Assembly (NCBI GenBank): GCA_043228905.1
Contig: JBHGNT010000002.1
Span: forward strand, 16,492,001-16,556,000
Origin: Azolla caroliniana
Lineage: Eukaryota; Plantae; Polypodiophyta
Direction of reading: 5' to 3'
DNA: 64,000 nt
The notes under the pieces: model-generated
The model's input: the letters and a program-made list of their open reading frames with translations, nothing else
Told to the model about the DNA's origin: nothing
The model's database searches: none
Program-made: the position numbers and the translations under genes
In this document: in pieces, positions 1-12,452 of the stretch
Layout: each line of letters begins with the position of its first letter
Numbering within the stretch: the stretch's first letter is position 1

Positions 1-920
1 CCAGAGTATATAAGCAAACCAATATCTCTCCATAATATATCTATGTGTTTGGAGCAAAGAAAGGTTGAGTTGTATGACTTGACAAATGGATGTAGCCAAG
101 TTCATTGGTTTTGGACGAATCCGGACAGAACCAGACTGGCGGCCGGACGAAGACGGAACCAGATGGAGATGCAGACCAGACGGAACCGGCTTGGGATGTT
201 AGACCGGACGGAACCGGACTGGATGGCATGCAGACCAGGCCGGATCAAACGGATGGGACCGGACCAGACAGATGCAGATCGATGGACCGGACGGGTAGAT
301 TTATCGCGACGCACGATGTCTTGAAGTTTTCCGGTGTGAAATGAACAAAATCATCTAGTTCTTTGGAGGTCAAGTGAAGGTGTAATATGCACTTAAACAT
401 TTGTAAAAAGAAGACTAAAAAGCCTAGTAAAAGAAAATTTGTATACAAATGGGTGCAAGTAAAAATTTGAACCTTACACCTCCAAGTTGAAAGTCAATAG
501 GCTTACCACTAAGCCAAGTCATATCTTCAAAAGTTGTACTTTGATAATTTTACATGTAAATTCTCATACATGAGAGCTTAGATGATGACATGGCAAACAT
601 GCATTGCATGCATTTCATGCATTATGTGCATGTCTTGCACCCTCACATGCACCATATGCATGGGGGCATCTATAAAAGAGTGGAGGAATCAAGCAAGAGA
701 AAACTAATGAAAAATTTGGGAAAAATAAGAAACTTGTTATCTTATTGTTGATGTATCTTGTCTCTCAAATCTAAAGTTAAGCTTTAATCTTTATCTCAAT
801 CTCTCTCAATCTAGCTTAAATACTTTCTCGCTAAAGCTAGTACAAACTTCAAATCCTTCCGGTCCAGAACCCCGGCGGTTCCTCCTCACGATTCGCACAT
901 AGTGACGGATTTTCACGACA
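1..920 (+). mobile_element. Distal part of a Gypsy-type LTR (starts before window), related to the LTRs of the 51252-57606 element
   Basis: Ends in TTCACGACA like the other TGTCG...CGACA LTRs. Its last ~60 nt (CGGCGGTTCC...CACGACA) resemble the reverse complement of 51252-51305. TATAAAAG at ~670; GACCGGA-rich degenerate repeats at 120-290. Confidence 0.6.
451..520 (-). other. tRNA-derived (A-box/B-box) segment inside LTR U3, not a functional tRNA
   Basis: Minus strand reads TGGCTTAGTGGTAAG ... GGAGGTGTAAGGTTCAAATT: canonical A box and degenerate B box at tRNA-like spacing. Confidence 0.5.
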
Positions 921-947
921 ACGCCAACTCAGGAGGATGTTCATCCT

Positions 948-1361
948 TGTTGAGCGGCAAGCTCAACTGGAGCCGGATCGGCTGGATAAGCCTGAGCCGG
1001 TGAGTGAGACGGATCGGTAAGCTGGTGAGCAACCGAGCCGCCAAGCAACAGAGCCGGTGAGTTGGGGACCTGGATAGCCGGATCCAATCGGTAACCGGAA
1101 GCCTAGTATTAGTTTAGACTACTAGGCAGTTATAGTCTCGTAGTAAGTGTCAGATGCTCATGTGAGCATTGAAGTACACGATACTTTTGTCAGTCCCACG
1201 AGGACTTGTATAAATAGCGCTACTGAGCATAGTTGTAATTACAGAGTGTGTATATTGTTTTGAATATAGCTTTTGCGTTCTGCTCTCTCTGTCTCTCCCG
1301 TGAACTATGTGTATTCTCTGCTTTCTCTGTTTTCTAACGCTTCCGCAAGTAATCGTTTTCA
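948..1361 (+). repeat. 5' LTR of Copia C1
   Basis: TG...CA, direct repeat of 6344-6757, followed by tRNA-iMet PBS. Confidence 0.95.
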
Positions 1362-1456
1362 TGGTATCAGAGCGCGAGGGTTGAGAACCTCTACAACTGA
1401 CAAACGCTTGAAAGCAAACCCTAACAGGTCGTAAGAACAACAAACAGAGAGAAGCG

Positions 1457-4400
1457 ATGGATAGAGGAATGGCTAGCTCGCTCCCTGTGGAGAAACTCGA
1501 CAGATCCAACTACGCATCTTGGTCGTACAAGATGCACCAGTACCTGCTTGGGCATGGCTACTAGAGTTTCGTCGAAGGAGCCAACGAAACAACACCTGAT
1601 GCGGCACATAAGGGATTCCCAGTGTGGGAACAATCGACAAGTAGAGTGATGTACTGCTTCGCGTCCAGTGTCGGAGACCAACTGCTGAGCCACATCCGAG
1701 ATGCCAAGACACCGAAGGAGGCTTGGGGAAACCTGAAGAAGGTTTTCGCCGCGAGCACTATAGCCCAGAAGCTGCAACTCCGACAGGAGTTGAGCAATGT
1801 CCGACAGAAGGACATGTCGGTGGCGGATTACACGGCCCGGATCAAAGAGATCTGTGACTTGCTTGCCTCTATCAACGTTACTGTAGAGGAAGACGAGATG
1901 GTATAGGTCTGTCTTGGGGGCTTGGCGTCTAAGTTAAGAGTGTTCCGAATGGCGGTGTGTACAAGGGAGAATACACCGTCATTTTTCAACTTACAGTCGA
2001 TGCTCCTTATAGAGGAGAACCACGCCGGTGCATCAACTAGCGCACCCATTGACAGCTGGATGCTGTACACGGAAGCAGATCGTTCCTGTGGGCGTGGTGG
2101 ACGAGGCGGGTCGGCACGCAATGGAGGCGGCTGGCAAGACCAGGAACAAAGGCACATAGAACGTGCCGATAGCAGTTCAGGACCCTTCGGGAGCAGGGGG
2201 AGTCATGGCGGCACCGGAAGACGGCAAGAGAAGACTGCAACGGAATGCTGGTTTTGTGGCAAAAAGGGCCACAGAGAGAGCGAGTGTTGGAGAAAACATG
2301 CCGATTCGGACAAATCTGGATCCGGCAAGGCCGGCAAGGATGGCCGGCAAAGCTCGCACTACACGAAGGGATCGGGAGGATCCAAGAACGGTAACGGGCC
2401 AACCTTGGTGATGAAGCACGAGGCGAACTCGATGAAGAAGACCACTTCTAAATCGGAGGAAGTGTGGTATGTTGATTCCGGTGCGTCGAACCACATGACG
2501 AGCCACAAAGAGTGGTTCTCCTTTTTGGAGAAATCAGATCAACCAAGAGTAGTCGAAACCGGAGACGACACTCCTCACCCAATCGTGTACGTCAGAGAAG
2601 TCCCTTTGAGCCACGTCGGACAGAAGGGGAAGCTGATGAACGTATTACACGTTCCAACAATCACGAAGAACTTGGTGTCGGTCGTACAGATCATCGACCA
2701 AGGGATGCAGGTGTGGTTTATGCACCTCGGGTGCTTAATCGAGGAAGAGGGCTAGATTATTGCGCAAGGGAGCAGAGACGGGAGGATGTTTATCCTCGAC
2801 ACCAATGACATCGGCACCGCTCTATTTGCAAAGGACAGAAGGTCGAATTGGACATCGACCTATGGCACAAGTGGATAGGCCATGTCAATTACTGAAGGCT
2901 TCAAGACCTGCAAGCGAAACAAGTTGTTTTCGGTTTGCCGAAGTTCAGCGGCCGGAAGGCCCAAGTATGTGAAGCCTGCCAACTCGGGAAGCAACACCGG
3001 TTTCCATTCCCTACCGAACATAACCGGAGCCATAACAACCTCTACCTTATCCATTCGGATGTGTGGGGACTGACACAGAATGTTAATCTTGGCGGGAGTC
3101 GATATTTCGTCTCCTTCATCGATGACTATACGCGGCACACATGGATCTACCTCATTGAGCGGAAGAGTGAAGTCTTCGAGTGTTTCCGGAGTCTCCAAAG
3201 CATGGTGGAACAAGAATCGGAGAGGAAGATCTAATGCTTGCGGTCGGATGGCGGAAAAGAATACTTTTCTGGCCAATTCAACACTTATCTGCAGCAAAAG
3301 GGAATTCGGCGAGAGTTCAGCTGCAGATACACACCGCAATAGAATGGTGTTGCCGAAAGGATGACCGATCGCTTATTGATGTGGCAAGGGCAATGCTGGA
3401 GGAGAAGAGCATGCTGAACGGCTGTCTACATCCAGAACCGGACCGGTGACAAGGTGTCAGCTCACGAGTTGTATTTCGGGCGCAAGACAAATTTGAGACA
3501 TCTTAAGATCTTCGGTAGCATTGCATATGTGCATGTACCGGATGAGAAGTGGAGGAAGTTGGATGCAAAATCGGAAAAATGCATCCTAGTCGTCTATGCT
3601 CAAGAGCAAAAGGGTTATAAGTGTTATAACCCCCAGACAAAGCAGGTCTGAGTTAGTCGAGATGTCAAGTTCGATGAATCGGCATCGTGGTACTCCTTAC
3701 TGACTCCGACTTCCGAATCCAACCCGATGCCGGAGGATGAGGCTAGTGAGCCTGAACCGGCCCAGATAGATGATGATGAAGCGTGGACTTAGGTGAGAGT
3801 TCGGAATCGTTTTGGTTGAGCGGGAAAAACAAGAGACTGAGTCAATCTGACCAGTTTGATGAGGAACCGACGAGTAGTGGAGACTCTGCCGTGCTCTCCC
3901 CGCGCAAGGAACCGAGGAGACGGTTCACGCGCAAAGAGAAAGGGAAGAAAACGATGTCGGAATTCGAAATCGGCAACGATGAGTTGGATCGGTGTGCATC
4001 TGACTCCGGCAAGGAGAAAGGTGGATCTTCGGCAACGTAGACCAAACCGGCCAAGAAGGGCCTCAAACCGGGTAACGGTGAATTATGCCGGTCCACCCGC
4101 CAGAAGGATCCCGTCAAGCGGTAGGGGTACAATGAGTACATGGCGCATCACTATGCGTACATGAACAAGGTGGCGGAAGTGCGTGAGCTAGAGAGCTACG
4201 CAGAAGCGGAAAAGGACGCAAATTGGCATGCCGCTATGGAGGAAGAAATGCAGGCACTTGATGTCAACGAGACATGGGACCTAGTTGACCCTCCCCGTCA
4301 CTGTAAACCGATCGGATGCAAGTGGCTGTACAAGGTAAAGTACAATGCCGACGGTTCAGTTAACCGGTACAAGGCCTGGTTAGTGGCGAAGGGATACGCG

Positions 4401-6349
4401 CAGACCCAAGGAATCGACTACGACAAGACATTCGCTCCGGTAGCGAAGATGACGATGGTTCGTGTGGTGCTGGCGGTTGCTGCAGAAAGGGGGTGGCATC
4501 TTCACCAGATGGATGTGAAGAATGCGTTGTTTCAGGGTGATCTTGAAGAAGAAGTATTTATGACTCAGCCCCCCGGTTTTCGATCGGAGATGAACAGGTT
4601 GGCGGTATGCCGACTGAAGAAGTTGTTGTACGGCCTGAAGCAAGCCCCTCGAGCTTGGAATGCGAAGATCACGCACCGGTTGCGTAAGATAGGGTTTGCG
4701 GCCTCCAAGTTCGACTCTTCGTTGTTCATCCGGAAAGGCTCAGCTGGTATGGTATGTATCTTGCTGTATGTTGATGATTTAGTCATCACTGGACCGGGTC
4801 TTCCAGAAGTCAACCACGTCAACAAGTCCCAGTTGTCGGACGCATTTGAGATGAAGGACATGGGGGACCTTCATTACTTTCATGGGATCGAGGTGATCCG
4901 AACCCCCGATGGCATATTGCTCTCACAACGACATTATGTCTTGAATATGCTGTACAAGTTCGGCATGACAGAATGCCGACCTGTCTCCACATAGTTGGAC
5001 CGGAACCAGAAGCTTCGTCCCAACTCCGGACTAGCCTGCAACGAGAAACGGTTCCGACAAATTGTCAGAAGACTTATTTACTTGACTATCACGCGACCCG
5101 ACATCAGCTATCTGGTCGGAATGATAAGTTAGTTCATGCAGAAGCCGACCATGGAGCACCTTCAGTGCGCGCAACGGATACTGCGATATGTAAGCGGCAC
5201 GAAGGACCAGGGCCTGTTGTACCGACGCGGTATACCCGAAGAGCTGGTCGGTTACACAGATGCCGACTGGGCCGGCGATGCATCAGATCGCCTATCAACC
5301 TCCGGTTACATGTTTTCCCTAGGTAGCGCGGATGTTGCGTGGAGCAGCAAAAAGCAGCCAACAGTTGCTCTGTCGAGCACTGAGGCTGAGTATCGAGGCG
5401 CTACCGTTGCCACTTGTGAAGCCATTTGGCTTCGACGACTGCTGCAAGACCTACGGATCGAGGTACCGACCCTGATTCTGATCTACTGCAACAACATAAG
5501 CAACATGCAACTCGCCAAGAACCCCGTATTCCATGCTCGCACAAAGCACATAGAAGTGCACTATCACTTCGTGCGTGAGCGTGTGTTGAGCGGTGAGGTC
5601 GAACTTCGGTATGTTCACACGGATCGGCAAGTTGCCGACATCTTCACCAAACCACTTAGATCGGACAAGTTGCAACACTTCACCGAAATGCTTGGTGTTC
5701 AGCATCTCGACGTGCCACACTTGAGGGTGAGAACGAGCAAAGACACCAGAACGGGCAAAGGCAAAGAGACTGCCGATTGCGCCGGTGAGGGAAGAACTGA
5801 CGAAAGGAGATTCAAGAAGAAGAAAGGAGCCGAGTCGACACGTCCGAACAAGTCGGAACAAGTGGCAGCGGCGGTAGAGTCAAGAAGGACAGGGCCGACC
5901 GAAGGAAGAAGGCCAAGACCCGAACATGGTCCGATGTGGTGAAGGGCTTGGAACCAGAAGACAAATCGGGAGCAACCGATTCGGACAAGAGCTGGAACGA
6001 ATCAAATACAGTCGATTCGGTTCAACAGACAGATTCAGAAGAATCAGATAAATTCAAGGCCAAGAGGACGACAAGGCAGCGAAAGTCGACGCCAAGACGA
6101 AGGAATCGGCGAACCGGAACGCGCCGAAGTCAGAACAGTAAGGGAGCTGAATTGGGCCTATTGAGCAGACAAGCCGACCGAGAAGGTCGAGGTGCGCAGA
6201 ACAAGAGGGGTCGCGGCAAACAGAACCGGACCGGACGAGGAGCGCGAGCAAGGCGGAGCGACGACAGGAGAAGTTGGTTGGAAGAATTGACTGCCACAGA
6301 GGCTGACACTAGGATCCAACCTCAAGTTGAGCTTGAGGGGGAGTGTTGA
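1457..6349 (+). pseudogene. Copia gag-pol (gag, CCHC, PR, IN, RT, RNase H, C-terminal tail), disrupted
   Basis: CWFCGKKGHRESEC knuckle, WYVDSGASNHM protease, IHSDVWG integrase, LYVDD RT, YTDADWAG and TKHIEVHYHF RNase H; many stops and frameshifts. Confidence 0.93.
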
Positions 6350-6757
6350 GCGGCAAGCTCAACTGGAGCCGGATCGGTTGGATAAGCCTAAGCCGGTGAG
6401 CGAGACGGATCGGTAAGCCGGTGAGCAACCGAGCCGGCAAGAAACAGAGCCGGTGAGCTGGGGACCCGGATAGCTGGATCCAATCGGTAACCGGAAGCCT
6501 AGTATTAGTTTAGACTACTAGGCAGTTATAGTCTTGTAGTAAGTGTCAGATGCTCGTGTCAGCATTGAAGTAAGCGGTACTTTTGTCAGTCCCACGAGGA
6601 CTTGTATAAATAGTGCTACTGAGCATAGTTGTAATTACAGAGTGTTTATATTGTTTTGAATATAGCTTTTGCGTTCTGCTCTCTCTGTCTCTCCCGTGTA
6701 CTCTGTGTATTCTCTGCTTTCTTTGCTTTCTAATGCTTCCGCTAGTAATCGTTTTAA
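6344..6757 (+). repeat. 3' LTR of Copia C1
   Basis: Direct repeat of 948-1361, preceded by PPT; terminal CA mutated to AA. Confidence 0.95.
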
Positions 6758-6762
6758 ATCCT

Positions 6763-9700
6763 CGACACTAATGACGTTGTCACCGCTTTATTCGCAAAAC
6801 GACAGAAGATCGAGTCAGATATCGACCTGTGGCACAAGCAGATTGACCACGTCAATTATCAAAGGCTTCAGGACCTGCTGTTGAAATAGGTGGTGTTCGG
6901 ATTGCTGAAATTTAGTGGCTGAAAGGCCCAAATTTCTGAAGCTTGCTAGCTTGGGAAGCAACACCGACTTCAATTCCCCAATGAGAAAAAATGGAGCCAT
7001 AACAAGCTCTATTGGTACATTCGTCTTGGTGGGAGTCGATATTTCGTCTCCTTCATCGATGACTACAGTCGGCACACAAGGACCTACCTGATCGAAAAGA
7101 AAAGCGAAGTTTTCGACTATTTCTGGAACTTACATAATTTAGTTGAATGGGAAACAGAGAGGAAGATCAAGTGCATGTAGTCGGATGGCGGGAAAGAATA
7201 CATTTCCAGCCAATTCAACAATTATTTGTGGCAAAAAGGAATTCGGAGGGAATTCAGCTACCGATACACGCCAGAATAGACGATATAGCCGAGAGGAAGA
7301 ATCGGTCGATCGTCAAGGTGACACATGCAATGCTGGAAGAGAAGAACATGACCAAGTTCTACTATGCCGAAGAGTTCTGCACAACCATCTACATCAAAAA
7401 TCGGATCGGGGAGAATGTGTTGGCACACGAAATGTATCTCGAGTGGAAGCCGAATGTATGACACGTGAGGATATTTGGTAGTATTGCCTATCTGCATGTG
7501 CCGGATGAGAGGTGGAGAAAGTTGGACCCAAAGTCGGAGAAGTGCATTTTGGTTGGCTACTCACATGAACAGAAAGGGTATAATTGTTATAACCCCCAAA
7601 CCAAACAAGTTCGAGTAAGCCGCAATGTCGAATTTGATTAGTCGGCATCATTGTACTCCTTACTGACTTCGACTCCGACTCCGACCCCTGACAAATCTGA
7701 CTACACAATCACAAAGGATGTGGCCAGTGAGCCCAAAATGATCCGGGCAGAAGAAATAGAAGACTTGTGTACTCTAGACGAGAGTCCTATTTCATTCCGG
7801 CTGAGTGGGCCGAATGAAGACCTGAGTAGGAATGACGAGCAAGATGATGACCCAGCAAATAGTGCAGACTAGGCCGTGCTCTCCCTGCGCAATAAACCAA
7901 GGAGATGGTTCACTCACAAAGAGAAGGGGAAGAAGAAGATGTCGAAATACGACACGGGCAAAGACGAGTCAGATTACAGCGAATCCGACTCCGGAAAGAA
8001 TGAGGACAGACCTTCGGAAACGAAGTATGAGTCAGCCAAGAAGGCCATAAAATCGGCAAAGCAGAAGTTGTGCCAATCTACCCACCAAAAGAATCTCGTG
8101 AAGCGGTATGGGTATAATGAGTACATGGCGCATCACTATGCGTACATGACGAAAGTGGCAGAAGTGAGTGAACCGGAGAGCTACGTAGAAGCGGCAAAGG
8201 ACGCGGATTGACATGTCGCGATGGAGGAAGAAATGTGGGCCCTTGATGCCAACGATACCTAGGACATGGTTGACCCTCCCCGACATTGTAAACTGATCGG
8301 CTGCAAGTGGGTATACAAGGTGAAGTACAACACTGACAGTTTGGTCAACCGGTACAAGGCCCGATTAGTGGCCAATGGATATGCACTGACCCACGGAATT
8401 GACTACGACGAAACCTTCGCTTCGATAGCGAAGATGACGACGATCCGTGTGGTGTTGGTAGTTGTTGCGGCAAGGGAGTGAAATCTTCACCAGATGGATG
8501 TGAAGAATGTGTTTCTTCAAGGGGATCTTGAGGAACAAGTCTATATGATCCAGCTCCCCCGGATTTCAGATGGAGATGAACAAGTCGGTAGTGTGCCGAC
8601 TCAAGATGTCGTTTTATGGCTTGAAGCAAGCCCTCGTGAGCTTGGAATTCGACGATAACGCACCCGTTGTGTAAGATGGGGTTTGCGTCCTCGAAGTCCA
8701 ACTCTTTTTTGTTCATCCGAATAGGTCCGAAAGGTCCAGTATGCATTTTGTTGTATGTCGACGACTTGGTCGTTACCGGACCCGACCTCCCTGAAATCGG
8801 CCGAGTGAAGTCCCAACTATCCAATGCATTCAAAATGAAGGACCTAGGGCACCTTCAATACTTTCTAGCAATCGAAGTGATCCATTCCCCCGATGGCATA
8901 TTGCTATCTCAACGACACTATGTGCTGAATATGTTAAGTTCGGCATGACCGAATGCCAATCAGTCTCAACACCGTTGGACTGAAACCTCAAGCTAGGTCT
9001 CGACTCCGGACTGACCTACAACAAGAAATGGTTTCGACAAATTGTAGGAAGCCTTATCTATTTGACACTCACTTGACACGACATCAACTATCTGGTCGAA
9101 GTGATCAACCAATTTATGTAGAAGTCGATCGTCAAGCACCTTCAGTGCGCGCACCGACTATTGAGGTATGTGAGTGGCACTAAGGATCAGAGACTGTTAT
9201 ACCGACATGGTATAACCGAAAATCTAGTCGGTTATGCAGATGTTGATTGGGCCGGTGATGCATCATATCGTTGGTCCACCTCCGGTTTTATGTTCTCTCT
9301 AGGTAGCCCGATTGTTGCATGGAGCAGCAAAAAGTAGCCGACCGTGACTCTGTCAAGCACTGAGGCTGAGTATCGGGGCACTATCGTTGCCACTTGTGAG
9401 GCCATATGGCTTCGGCGACTGCTGCAAGACCTCTAGATCAAAGTACTGACTCCGATCCCGATCTACTGCGACAACATAAGTAGCATGGAGTTGGCCAAGA
9501 ACCCCATATTCCATTCTCGCACAAAGCACATCAAAGTGCATTATCACTTCAATATGTTCAAACGGATCGGCAGGTTCCCGACATCTTCACCAAGGCACTC
9601 AACACTGACAAGTTGCAACACTTTTCGGAGATGCTTGGTCTTCGGCATCTCGGCTTGCCGCACTTGAGGGGGAAGAAAGGGTAAAGGCACCAAAAAATCA

Positions 9701-10706
9701 ACCGGAGAGGAGGAAACAACCGAAACAAGGGGAGACGAGAAGAAAAAGGGAGCCAAGTTGACTGAAGAAGTCGGCACACTCAAAAAAGTCGGAACAAGCG
9801 GCGATGTAGACAGAGTCAAGAAGGACAGAGGTGATCGGAAGAAAAGGGCCAAGACCCGGACATGGTCTGATGTGGTAAAGGGCCTGAAGATCAAGGATGA
9901 ATTGGAGACAGCCAATTCGGACAAGAGCTGGAACAAATCAGAGGCAACCGATTTAGAAGAGGTGTTCAATTTGGAGGAGTTGAATCAACTTAAGGCCAAG
10001 TGGACAAGAAGGTAGCAGAAATCGACACCGGCACAGAGGAGTTGGCAAGTCGAGAAGCACCAAAGTCACAACAACGAAGGAGCTGAGATGGGCCTTATGA
10101 GCAAACAAGCTGATCGAGGAGGTCGAGGTGTGGAAGTAGACGGGTCATGGAAAGCGGGACCGGACGGGCGGAGGAGCGCCAGCAAGGCGAGAAGACGCCA
10201 AGAGAAGTTGACTGCAAGGATTGGCAAAGACTAACACTAAGATTTGACCTCAAGTTAAGCTTGAGGGGGAGTGTTGAGCGGACAAGCTCAACCTTATCCG
10301 GATTGATTGAGTAAGCCAGAGCTGGATCGGTGTCTAGAGAAGAGAGCCGTATTTGGAGGGCCGGATCAGAGAGCCGGACCCACGTGCAGACCGGTAGTCC
10401 GTTGGAGGTCTACACTCCTAGGACCGTAGTTATCCTAGGAGTTAGTGTTAGTAGCTCAGTACGAGCATTAAAGTACTTGTTAGTACTTCTGTCAGTCCTT
10501 TTAAGGATTAGTATAAAAGTGCTCATTGAGCATATTGTATGTACAGAGTGATATTTTGTAATTTGAGTTTTATGTTGTTCTGCTCTCTCTATCTCTCCTG
10601 CGTACTCTTTGTGTGTGTAATTCAAGCTTTCCATTAAACCTAGTTTATTTTTTATTGTTATTTGGCTGAGCCGGTTTGAGCAAGCTTCTGCACATTAACT
10701 TTCACA
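6763..10706 (+). mobile_element. Older Copia C2 (same family as C1): IN-RT-RNase H relic plus 3' LTR 10272-10706
   Basis: Pol sequence GGAGGATGTTCATCCT|CGACAC is rejoined when C1 is removed (left stub ~930-947). Degenerate RT (LYVDD ~8750), PPT GAGGGGGAG, then TGTTGAGCGG...TTCACA. Confidence 0.88.
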
Positions 10707-11681
10707 CTTTGTATTTGAAATCATGAACTTTAGAAATATACATGTAACTTAATGTTTTGATTTTGTTAACTTATTAAATGTTATTAAACTAGCAAATGTT
10801 GTATGGTTGCAAGAACATGTGATACTGGTGTACCAAGTTTTTGTAGATAGCCTAAAATTGTACAATTATAAAAGGAATCTATAAGTGGAATGCGCGATCC
10901 TTCCACTTGTGAATAGGAACATGTTTTTCTTCGACTCATTTTCTTTGTATTCTTTTCTTCGACTCATTTTCTATGAAAACCTTCTTTCTTCGTCACCCTT
11001 ATTTTCTTCTTCTTTTTCAACTGTCTTTTTCGAGATCTGCCTTATGGAAAGGGAGTACCTCCACTGGGTTCACCAATGTCAGAAGGATTAACCATCGGTC
11101 ATCAAAGCACCCCAGGGTGTGGTAGCCAAACAACACTTAGACCATGACAAAGACATCACCACGTGCGCAAAGTTATTCTAGGCGCATGAATTCACACCGA
11201 ACAAAGTGGAACAACTTAGTGCCACGTTCTTCTATGCACGTTTGATTAAATAACTAAAAGTCTAATTTGTCGACAACTCGTTGGTCTTTGGACTCGTGTC
11301 AACATCCTCCTCGCTACTTACAAATGGGATTTTGAAACGATGATTGACACAAGGTTCATCCCCACCTATGTCACCTCCACGTGGCTCTCTAGTCGATGCA
11401 AATAATTCTTCACCACCACCAATATGATGGGAACTACAAGGTTCCTTATGCGCAACACTCGGCCACAACCGAGCTTAAAATCATACACAGAAAAAACGGG
11501 AAATAAAAGCACGACACGAAGAAGAGAAGAGTACACAAGATGTTTACGTGGAAAACCCAAAGAGGGAAAAACCACGGCAGCCCACAAGCTGCAAACTATC
11601 ACTATGTTAGAATGTACAACAGTGAGTTCACGGAGGCTCACGATCTTCGCCACAGGCGGCGGTTACAATAGAGGCAACGCC

Positions 11682-11714
<33 letters not shown>

Positions 11715-11878
11715 CTTGCACCAACAAGAATGACAACAATTACTAAAAGTTTGCCCTAAGTCATATTTATACTAATATGACTTTTCGGCTATTTATAAAT
11801 ATAGCCATGATGGACTCTCAGAAACATATTTAAGATTATGTCTCTTCATCCGGTGAGCACTCCTCACCGGGTCTTCAC

Positions 11879-12186
11879 CATCCGGCTCTCCGTAGCCGGG
11901 TACTCCTCATCCGGTTCTCACCGGGTCTGCATCATCCGGCTCTCTGTAGCCGGGTACTCCTCATCCGGTTCTCACCGGGTCTGCACCATTCGGCTCTCCG
12001 TAGCCGGGTACTCCTCATCCGGTTCTCACCAGGTCTGCACCATCCGGCTCTCCGTAGCTGGGTATTCCTCATCCGCTTCTCACTGGGTCTGAACCATCCG
12101 GCTCTCCGTAGCCGGGTACTCCTCATCCGGTTCTCACCGGGTCTGCACCATCCGGCTCTCCGTAGCCGGGTACTACTCATCCGGTT
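11879..12186. repeat. 54-bp tandem repeat in U3 of C3 3' LTR (5 full + 1 partial copies)
   Basis: Unit CATCCGGCTCTCCGTAGCCGGGTACTCCTCATCCGGTTCTCACCGGGTCTGCAC starting at 11879, 11933, 11987, 12041, 12095, 12149. Confidence 0.95.
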
Positions 12187-12452
12187 TAGGGACCTGTCTC
12201 CCTTCCCATCCGGAGAGACCTGTCTCCCGACAGACTCCCCCTTCACTCTGGCATGGGGTGTCTTACTAGTCCGATCCTCTTCCGGCATGCATCCAGCTTG
12301 TCAGGTATTCAGAACTTTGGTCATCATATCTGACCCGTTCTCGGCCGTGTGGATCTTCGTCAGCGCGAACTCCTGGTCATCTACTCTTTCCCGGATCCAG
12401 TGATACCTTCGCTGGATATGCTTCGTCTGGGAATGGTAGGCCACATTCTTAG

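Larger units (their letters stand above)
948..6757 (+). mobile_element. Full-length Ty1/Copia element C1 (degenerate), nested in Copia C2
   Basis: 414-bp LTRs at 948-1361 and 6344-6757; TSD ATCCT at 943-947 and 6758-6762; PBS TGGTATCAGAGC at 1362-1373; PPT GAGGGGGAG at 6335-6343. Confidence 0.95.

Noticed and set aside
1556-1566. Same TAG stop in gag (GY*S) of C1 and C4 (~13016), suggesting programmed readthrough
   Set aside because: C7 has TGG at this codon. TGG to TAG at a methylatable CCAG/CTGG site is a recurrent decay event in these copies.
11879-12186. Regular repeat array resembling CRISPR
   Set aside because: Head-to-tail 54-bp units with no unique spacers, inside a eukaryotic LTR, with no cas genes.
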